Shown: positions 12,288 through 20,000 of the stretch, one piece after another
Numbering within the stretch: position 1 is the stretch's first letter
How the letters are laid out: each line of letters starts with the position of its first letter
Assembly (NCBI GenBank): GCA_013265495.1
Contig: MU058748.1
Coordinates: 305,381 to 325,380, forward strand
DNA length: 20,000 nucleotides
Reading direction: 5' to 3'
Origin: Vicugna vicugna
Lineage: Eukaryota
Notes under the pieces: model-generated
Told to the model about the DNA's origin: nothing
The model's database searches: none
Seen by the model: the letters and a program-made list of their open reading frames with translations, nothing else
Made by a program: the position numbers and the translations under genes

Positions 12288-12432
12288 CACCAACTAATAT
12301 ACTCCTGACAGGCAGGAACATATGTAAGGGCAGAGGCCAAGGGGGCGGTATGGTATTACCCCGATACCAGTGCGGGGGCCTGCAGGCAGCTGAGGTCTCC
12401 TGGCATTAGAGTCCCTCATGGCCAGGACTGCC
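12288..12432 (-). other. Candidate exon (145 nt), locally GC-rich
   Basis: Minus strand: tttaacttccccttcatcatgttttcattctcccataatggccag|GGCAG...TTGGTG|gtaagt; contains CpGs and a GGGGCGG box. Confidence 0.3.
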
Positions 12433-13004
12433 CTGGCCATTATGGGAGAATGAAAACATGATGAAGGGGAAGTTAAAGGACTCTATGTGATTTATCTCTG
12501 TTTCCTCAGAGACATATCATCGTGTCTGGTACAAATAGTCAGCACAAAACCATTCCAGGGGAATGAAATAATCTGACTTCAAATTCTTTCCTTTGCTATC
12601 CAATACTGGGTTAGGCACCATATCAACAGAAACATCAATTTCCACCTTGGCAAAATAAGGATGGAAATAAAACGTAGGAAATTTTTACAAAGATAAACTT
12701 TGACAGTGCTTAGAAATATACTTCGTGAGTTAAAGTGCTATGACACCTTAAGGGAATAAAATTTATCAACTAGCCATATTCTTCTTCTGTAACCTACCAG
12801 ATACGAACATAACCAGTGATATCATATCTATTAGTCTGTTTAATAAATAATTTAAGTTGCAATCATCCCGCACAAGATATAATAAAGTAATATTTATTTT
12901 TAAACTTAGAAACAGTTTTAGCTTGCAGATGAGTTTTCTGATTGTTGCTGAATTTGCCCCATTCCCCCCCAAAATGTAAACCTATATAATTTAAAATAAA
13001 GAAT

Positions 13005-13310
13005 GCTCTGAGGGATGGAGGAAAGAAGGCAGACTGGCTAGGGACCTCCGAACTGAAGAATGACACTGTGATGCTTGCCATGGGTTTTCTTTTTGCCTCA
13101 TATGGCCTAAATCATGGGATGGAGAAAAGGACAACTTGGAAACACCTAATGGGTTCAGATAAGAAAGAAGAAAACTCCCCAAAAAGCCTGCTCTCTCGAG
13201 CCACAATACTAAGATAGAGGCAGCCTAGCAAGGCAGAAAACTTTCAGACAGCTAATTGTCCAATTGTAGACAAATACCACAAGGGGGTGGAGCGAAATGG
13301 AACCACCTAC
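13005..13310 (+). mobile_element. L1M-type LINE-1 5' UTR fragment
   Basis: ggaaagaaggcagactggctagggacct...gggttttctttttgcctcatat...aaaagcctgctctctc...ggcagcctagcaaggcagaaaacttt matches my recollection of an L1MC/MD-type 5' end. Confidence 0.65.
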
Positions 13311-13334
13311 TCAGTCCAGCAAAGATATCCCAAT

Positions 13335-13820
13335 GTATCAACATTAGTGAGACATGGATAAAGCTATGCTGAGAGGGAAATGTATCTCCTTAAATGCATA
13401 CACTGGAAAAGAAGACGACTTTCTAATGAATAATGTAAACTCCGTCTTGGAGAACGTAGGAAATGAAGAGCAAAATAAACGCAAAGAAACAAGGGAAGAA
13501 ATAATAAAAATAGAATCAGAAATCAATGTAATTGAGAACAAAAAGAAATCTGTTGAGAAAAAGCCATGCAACAAGTTTCTGATTCTTTGAAAAGATCAAT
13601 AAAATTGACAAGGCCTCTAGGCAGACTGACAAAAAAAAAAGGGAAAAACACAATTCAGAGATACCACTTCAGACTCTGCAGATACCAAAAAAGATAATAA
13701 GAAAATACCACAGATAACTTTATACAGTGACTTAGACAATGTAAGTGAAATGGACCAATTTCTCAAATTTGCCCAGTATGAAACAGATCATTTGAATAGC
13801 CCCCTAACTGGCAAGGGAAT
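13335..13820 (+). mobile_element. LINE-1 ORF2 fragment (linker after the endonuclease domain), decayed
   Basis: ORF 13354-13590 KAMLRGKCISLNAYTGKEDD...EEIIKIESEIN corresponds to L1 ORF2 KAVLRGKFIALNAYIKKEE...EIIKIRAEIN; followed by FEKINKIDK and gaaatggaccaatttct (EMDxFL). Confidence 0.92.
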
Positions 13821-13983
13821 TAAATTGGATGTTAAGATCACCACATGGCCCCTTTGGACTTAGCAGGCAAACATTCTTTTCCTGAATCAACAGGCAAAGA
13901 AGGGAATTACTTTGACCCTATGTTGATTCATCCTGACTACCATGAGAAAAATAAACTGCTGTTCCACAGTGGATGGATGTAAG
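13821..13983 (+). pseudogene. ERV-L internal remnant, dUTPase region (left of the LTR insertion)
   Basis: Translates with frameshifts as WMLRSPHGPFGL..LNQQAKKGIT..LIHPDYHEKNKLLFHSG, versus ERV-L WKLRLPPGHFGL..LNQQAKKGVT..VIDPDYQGEIGLLLHNG (dUTPase motif III). Confidence 0.88.
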
Positions 13984-14626
13984 TGTTAGAGCAGGAAGAT
14001 AGATATGAGCAGAGAAAGGGGGACCCAGACCAAATGGCAGGAATTGGGCAGAAAGGAGGGGCACAGGCCAAATGCAGGAAACCACACATCATGTAAGCAC
14101 CAGGGGTCCCTGGGCAGAGAAAGAGCAGGAAACTTTGGGCTGATGCTTTTTGGGGTGACAAGTGGCCTGGAGAAGGACAATGAAAGGTGAGAAAAGGCAG
14201 GAATTTCCAGTGTCCAAATGTAACCTTTTGCTCATTATGCCCTCATTTCAATAAAATTAGCCTTGACAATCACAAGTACCTGTCATGCACCGACACCATG
14301 ACACTTCCAATCAAGACTAAATAAGGACAAAAATCCCTCCTCCCTTTGGGAAGGTGGAGTTGGGATGATAATCAGGGAATACAACCCCAAACTCTTCCCT
14401 CCCCAATTAATATTCTGCCTATTCATTTTTACACCCTATGTAGCTAACTTGCCAAAGAAACTCAGGGCAGCTGCTCACCTGAGCCTGCCCGCTCTCCCCT
14501 TGAGAGTGTCCTATCCATCCTTTAATAAATCCTCACTTGACTTTTTTTTAACCACTATGTCTTGTCTCTGAATTCTTTCTGGGATGGGACAAGAACCTGG
14601 AACACTGGTTGCATCTATCAGCAACA
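13984..14626 (+). mobile_element. ERV1-class solo LTR (643 bp) inserted in the ERV-L dUTPase
   Basis: TGTT...AACA termini; 4-bp TSD TAAG (13980-13983 / 14627-14630); AATAAA at 14524-14529; removing it rejoins the ERV-L sequence (gtaaggaagag). Confidence 0.93.
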
Positions 14627-14630
14627 TAAG

Positions 14631-14869
14631 GAAGAGAGTGTATGAAATATAGGATATCTCTTAGGGTGTCTCACCATTCCTTGTGATTAGAGTTAGTGGA
14701 AAACTACAACAATGTAATTCAGTCAGTACTACTAATAGCCCAGACCCTTCAGGAATGAAGGTTTGGATCTCCCCACCATGTAAAGACCATGACTATTTAA
14801 GGTGTTTGCTTGAGGGCAAAAGGAATATGAAAAAGATAGTAGCAGATGGTAGTTTTAAATACCAGCTCT
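14631..14869 (+). pseudogene. ERV-L internal remnant, dUTPase C-terminal/downstream region
   Basis: ORF 14683: IRVSGKLQQCNSVSTTNSPDPSGMKVWISPP...EGKRNMKKIVADGSFKYQL corresponds to ERV-L IKVNGKLQQPN.GRTTNGPDPSGMKVWVTPP...EGKGNTEWVVEEGSYKYQL. Confidence 0.92.
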
Positions 14870-15203
14870 TGTTGTCGAGTCCAAACTTGTTCTGCTCGCT
14901 GCACGACAGGCCGATAAATCAGGAGATGAGGTGTTGGGGCAAGGAATAGCGACTTTATTTGGAAAGCCGGCAGACCATAAGGATGGTAGACTAATGTCTT
15001 GGAGAACCACACTGCTCTAGTCAGAATATAGGCTCCTTTTATACAAAAAATAAGGGAAGAGAAAAAGAAAATAAGGGAGGGGGTGTGGTTGATTGTTGTA
15101 ATCTTCGTGCTGCAGGCATCCATTGTTCTTGCAGCCATCCCCGTGGGCTAAGTCATGGTGTCCCTGTAAACCTCCAACAAATCAAAGGTTATTCTCTACT
15201 ACA
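14870..15203 (-). mobile_element. 3' LTR (334 bp) of an ERV1-class provirus
   Basis: TG...CA termini; minus-strand TATAAAA (15043-15037) and AATAAA (14959-14954); abuts a PPT on its right and abruptly interrupts the ERV-L sequence on its left. Confidence 0.88.
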
Positions 15204-15216
15204 ATTCCCCACTGTC
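15204..15216 (-). promoter_or_regulatory. Polypurine tract of the provirus
   Basis: Minus strand GACAGTGGGGAAT directly before the LTR start TGTAG. Confidence 0.75.
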
Positions 15217-15946
15217 AATGTCCATTCCACAATCTTCTAGGAAAAGGAGTGATGACCGCTCTGGCCACTTCCTGCTGAAAAGGGGCCATGAGGGGGTGAT
15301 TATGGAATAGAATTGATCAGCCTTGGTCAGGGAACATTCCTGTGGGCATCTTTAGTCAGTAGTATAATCTCTTTTTTTTCCTGCTGTACTATAATTATAC
15401 TTAATTCTTGTGCTATTTGGTTCCTTAGAAGACTTAGAATGGTGTCATGATGCCTCCAGGCAACCAGTCCTTTGGAGGCTAGTGGTTGTCACTCTTTCCA
15501 TCTCTGTAGCTTATAAGCACCCAAGGTGTGGTCTTTTTGGTAATTCAGGCTATTTTGTAAGGCTAAAGTCCTGTGACCTTCTCCCTGGAGACCAACTTAG
15601 AGACCAAGCATGATTATAGCTTTTGATTACTGGAATAAAGTAGAAACAGTGAGATCAATAGCTTCAGTTTTAACAGTGGGCCTGGAACTGTGAGTAGCAA
15701 CCAGTCAGGTCAGTTGACCGTTTTAAGGGCTAACATAAGAATAAGCAATCTGTTAGCCTAAGTGCAGCCATTTTATTAATCCTCCTTCAAAATCCCCACT
15801 ACCAGTTTCTCTCATTCCATTTCTATGGAAATAGGGAGATGCTGAAAGGGGGTGTTGCTTGGGGCCCTTGAAATGGAATGAGCGAACCTGATCTTTCTAT
15901 GTGGTTGGGGGTTCAGAAAGAGCCTTAGATGCTCGTTTCCTGCACA

Positions 15947-16219
15947 TTACATAATGGGAAACAGTCTAAATATTAGATATATACCACCTCCTGTTAACAG
16001 AAGTGATAATAGAAACTATAGAATTCCCATAAGAATGGATTTGAGACCGTGGGGTATCCATGAAAAGAGACCAGAAAACCAGGTGTTAACTTGGGTTATA
16101 ACTTCTCACACATATGCATCTAAATCCCCTACATTATGTATTTGTTGTTTTATGTCCTCCAGGGCAGTTATGATGTTCCTGGATTTATCTGGTATGAAAG
16201 TACAACAGGCAGTATGAAT
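15947..16219 (-). pseudogene. env: Class I (gamma-type) env TM remnant
   Basis: IHTACCTFIPDKSRNIITALEDIKQQIHNVGDLDAYV*EVITQVNTWFSGLFSWIPHGLKSILMGIL*FLLSLLLTGGGIYLIFRLFPIM*: CC of the CX6CC motif, heptad repeat, Trp-rich membrane-proximal region and TM helix; 2 internal stops. Confidence 0.85.
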
Positions 16220-17047
16220 CCAGAAACTCATTAACTACAAGGGGAGAACTTAAACCCATAAGGTTGTAGCTACAAGTTGCCAGCAGACACTGCTTTGAGA
16301 ATGGCTGGTGGCATTCTAATTTTGACACCACTCAGAAAGCTCAAGTTCTCAGTAATACAGAAACTTGTCTGAAATCACATCTACACTGGTTACCTAGTTT
16401 TACCTTGGATGTCTGAACTACAGTTATTCCATTTTGATTTTCAAATGCTTTTTTTCTCCTTAATGGCCAAAACAAATGTTACCCATTTATGATTTTAGTG
16501 CTTTTCTAGATACGAGAAGATGCAAGAATGTGGGCTCATAAAATCTTTTCCTGAAAATATCTAACTATCTGAAGACCTGTTCAGCCAATTTTCCCAGAGC
16601 ACAGAGCAACTCGTTCCTGATCTCCACCCTGAACTCCTTTTGGGGTGTGTTGGAGGTCAGCTACTGCAGCCGCTCATGATTTAATCCAAGCAGAGGTAGA
16701 TGGCATATGCCAATGTGATCCAATCCTTGTAAAGGCAGATGGCGAGTGCCCTCATGATCAGAAATTTGACCATGGTTTGGCATGACCATTTTGTCCCACG
16801 GTGCTAGGAATGCTCATTCCTAGGTCAGGCGAGGATTTTTATTGACAGGCCACTCAATGTGCTATTATGGAACTAGGCCTTATTAACAGTAGTAAAAAGT
16901 CTCTGGACCACCTGTCTTGCTAGTCTGTTGTGGTCCAGGAGAATATTCCCTCTTGTTGTTTTTTTCCATATCTAGAGTCACACTATTGCAATCATTGGTC
17001 TCATACAGAAGTATATATCTGATCTACTGTTGTAAGTTACCTAGTCA

Positions 17048-17185
17048 TTATTTTATCAGAGGCTCAGCCACATAACTGGTAATGCAAGAAACAACAATTT
17101 TGTAAAACAGGCAAAATACAAATAATATAGTTAGCAGTATTAGTAAGGTTATAAGTGAGAATTTAAGCCAAGAACTTTCATTAGG
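17048..17185 (-). pseudogene. env: Second env membrane-anchor/cytoplasmic-tail remnant
   Basis: PNESSWLKFSLITLLILLTILFVFCLFYKIVVSCITSYVAEPLIK*: W + hydrophobic helix + Cys/Lys, typical of an env anchor. Confidence 0.6.
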
Positions 17186-19264
17186 TGCTTACAAAGGTCT
17201 AGTTTACCAAACTGCTGTAAGTCGTAATTAGCTTAAGAAGAAGGACTTCTTTATATCTGGAGAACACAAATTAAAAGCCAGTAATATTTCAGACAAAACC
17301 AAAAATTATAACCATATTCATCAGTTTTCTCAGTCCCATGTAACTAATCTCTTTTTTTGTTAACAGTTTTATGAAATCAGAGTTTCCATCAGACTTAAAA
17401 TTTCTTACCCAGTTTAGTTCAGTGCTATAGTTTGAAATTAGAAACCAGTAAGTCTCCTTGAAGAGAAAATATTTCGCAAAAGCATCAGAATAAAACAGTA
17501 ACTGTCTGCAAGTGACAAAAGACTTAAAAGCCTGGTTAAGCACCTAGTTACACTGTAATTGATAAAGAGACCTGGTCACAAAAATCAGAATTATGACTGG
17601 TAACATTTCAGACATACCAGATTTTTTAGGAATTTCATGTAATTTCTAGAATATCTATATTACTATTTTTCATGCAATATAACCTAGGAAGATTTATTAT
17701 TTATTTGACAATATTTGCCATGTTATTTAACATACCAAATGAAACTTACTAGTTTAAAAATCTCTTTGGGATGTTTCAGGGGCCCTCTGAAGCATCCCAG
17801 ATTTAGCTGGAGGTCGAAAGAATCTTGATTAAAATTTGATGTTTGGGAAGCTTGTTAAAGAGTTTCAAATTACTTGGTCAGATAAAAGTGTAGATCACTG
17901 TGAAACAGTACTTACTCATTAACAATAAAAAATATTTCAAGGGTAAATACAGAACAGATTACTTCAGGGGTAAAAGAAATTTTACAATCTGTTACTAAAA
18001 GCAGATTAACATTTTAAGATAACTTTGTTCTCTCCACAGAGAGAAAGAAAACCAAATCTAGTCATCTTGTACCAGCTTACCTGTAAGATTTATTTAATCA
18101 ACTAAATTTATTTTAAACTTAGCCAATCCTGACCATGTACAAAATTCTTCTCTCAGGGTTTCTCTTTCATAAACCTTCCACAATTTTTTCTATTTTTTTT
18201 TGTCCCTTGTTTTCTTTTCCATTTGGAAGCAGCCAGGTTTAGGAAAAAGTCACTCTTCTTTCATTAACAAAATATAATTCCATTTCTTATACCTTCTTTC
18301 ACTGAAAACATTCATCTTACTTTCTTAGCATACTGAGATGTTTCCCTTAGTAGTAGAGAATATTTTAGGGTGAAACCAAACCTTTGCTAATATTTATTTC
18401 TAAATATCTTTAGTTTCTCTGAAGAGGAAGTCAATATTCAGCAATTAATGTTTTGATATCTTATTTTATCTGAAAATGACCTAGCTATTTAATAAACTTC
18501 CATCATTTAACTTAATTTAGCAAAACTCTAAAATTTTAAGTTACCAAATATCTGGGGAGATCATTTGAGTAGACATTCCTGAAATAATCATTTCTAAAGA
18601 GTTTACACAAAAGCTTTCTCATTTGCATTTAAGTTACTTAAAAGAATATTATTCCAAGTTGTTTTTCTTGCTGACAAATTTGTGACAGATATGACAATGT
18701 TTTACTGGACTTCTATTAAACCTAAGTACAATAGAAGTTTTATGCTTAACATTAATGAATCTTGAGACATGTCTATATTAATTAAACCAATAGGCTTAAG
18801 CTAGCTTCAAATACCAGGTGTCGATTCAGTACAGAATTTTTTTTTTTAGATCACATGAACCTGATTTTCATTCTGGCCAGTTTCTTATATATTTCTGAGT
18901 ATTTATATAAGCATTTAATTTTCTTTAAGCCAATTAAGTAGTGCTCTTTTACAATTAATTTTGGCAATGCCACATATCTACTACACACATATAGGTACGT
19001 ACAAACACACAGAGACCTCATAGTTCCCATTTTAAACTTTTAGCTATAAGTCAGATACAACAATGTAAGACTTATCAGTTACAAGAGGTTGGATTCAAAT
19101 TAGATTTTTGGCAGATAGAACAAATCAAAGTTGCCTGACTAGATAGCTAAACATTTTTAGTAACTTCTATGGAAGACATTTAATATTTCTATTTGTTTCC
19201 AAATTACTCCTTTTTTTTAAAATTTGCATTCCAGAGGTCATACCAGCTGTTGAGTCGTTGGCAC

Positions 19265-19383
19265 TGGGATAGTTTAGAAGTTACAAAGTGCACTAGTTGA
19301 GACCCCACTATCATTTGTACCTAAGGCTCTTGGGTGGCAGTTGTTATAAGGGTCTTTAAAATGGCTAAGAGCCCTGGGCCCTG
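19265..19383 (-). pseudogene. pro: Retroviral protease N-terminal remnant
   Basis: After the gag stop: QGPGLLAILKTLITTATQEP*VQMIVGSQLVHFVTSKL, resembling class I *xxPG...ITxxEPRVxxxVxGxxVDFL. Confidence 0.65.
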
Positions 19384-19658
19384 TCAGTCATTACCTTCCT
19401 CATTATGGGATTCTGTAAAGGCTTGTATATATGGTATTTCTTCCTGTTTACTTTTTCTCTGGCAAAACAGTTCTAACTGGAGAATGGTTTAGTAATTTCC
19501 AGGCCAGTGTTCCCCAGACCCTAAAGGGTACACTACTCAAGCAGTATTACAGTAAAATACCATCTTTTTCTTAGTCACAGGCTCACAGCTGTATTTTCCC
19601 ATTTATTTAAGACATGCCCCAAAGGGCTTTCCTTAGGCACAGACGGAGTACTTCCCAC
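19384..19658 (-). pseudogene. gag: gag matrix (MA) remnant joined to the gag terminus
   Basis: (V)GSTPSVPKESPLGHVLNKW/fs/SCEPVTKKKMVFYCNTA*VVYPLGSGEHWP..Y*TILQLELFCQRKSKQEEIPYIQAF matches the class I MA pattern SPLGCIL..W...KKK.IF.CNTAWP.Y.L...E.WP...YNTILQLDLFC...K..EIPYVQAF; start codon is GTG. Confidence 0.92.
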
Positions 19659-19767
19659 GTCTGTAAGTTTAAGAACAGTAAGACACAAAAGGCGCAAACA
19701 AACCCCAATACCAGAAACACAAAGTATCACATGACTAAACACAAACTGAAGTCACCTTTCCCTTAGG

Positions 19768-19930
19768 TGTGGGTTCGTAGCTGTGTGTAATCAGACCACT
19801 TCTTCAAAATGTCCCTCAAATGACCTTCTTTAGGGATCATTGAAATGTATGTGGGTTCGTAGCTGTGTGTAATCAGACCACTTCTTCAAAATGTCCCTCA
19901 AATGACCTTCTTTAGGGATCATTGAAATGT
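19768..19930. repeat. Perfect tandem duplication, 2 x 81 bp separated by one A
   Basis: 19768-19848 is identical to 19850-19930. Confidence 0.97.
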
Positions 19931-20000
19931 TCCCTATATATATTTTTTAAGAAAAGAATACAAGACAAACAAAACACAAACAACACACAAATGCTAACAT

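Larger units (their letters stand above)
15204..20000 (-). mobile_element. Internal region of a deleted, non-autonomous class I ERV (MER4-group-like); 5' LTR lies beyond the window
   Basis: Minus-strand order gag(MA) - pro - AT-rich filler - env TM remnants - TTCAGCAGGAAG pre-PPT motif (as at the 3' end of HERV-W/ERV9) - PPT - LTR; no RT or integrase recognised. Confidence 0.9.

Noticed and set aside
13344..13590. Overlapping ORFs on both strands
   Set aside because: The plus ORF is a decayed L1 ORF2 piece; the minus ORF is its antisense shadow
14797..15138. Longest ORF in the track (113 aa)
   Set aside because: Spans an LTR and antisense ERV-L sequence; no protein features
15954..16217. 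87-aa plus-strand ORF
   Set aside because: Antisense to the env TM remnant
1..20000. CRISPR arrays, tRNA/rRNA genes, prokaryotic operons
   Set aside because: None seen; the sequence is mammalian repeat-rich non-coding DNA

Overview
AT-rich, CpG-poor mammalian intergenic or intronic DNA with no recognisable intact protein-coding gene. Bases 1-12,900 are unique sequence mixed with old repeats (L1M/HAL1-like, MIR, L2), one ERV1-type solo LTR with a 4-bp target-site duplication (TSD), and several well-formed minus-strand candidate exons that may belong to a lncRNA. Bases 13,000-20,000 are a nested retroelement stack. An internally deleted L1 is joined to an ERV-L dUTPase remnant, which was later hit by a second solo LTR and by a minus-strand, deleted class I (ERV1/MER4-group-like) provirus that runs off the window. 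That provirus is the most unusual object here. Its gag matrix remnant is joined to the gag stop, its protease lacks the DTG motif, it carries two different env TM remnants, and it has serially stacked 3' ends. Two of those ends each keep a long sense-strand stem-loop immediately before the polypurine tract (PPT). Repeat family names are recalled from consensus sequences, not from a database search. I found no well-supported new biological system; the ERV 3'-end stem-loop is the best lead.
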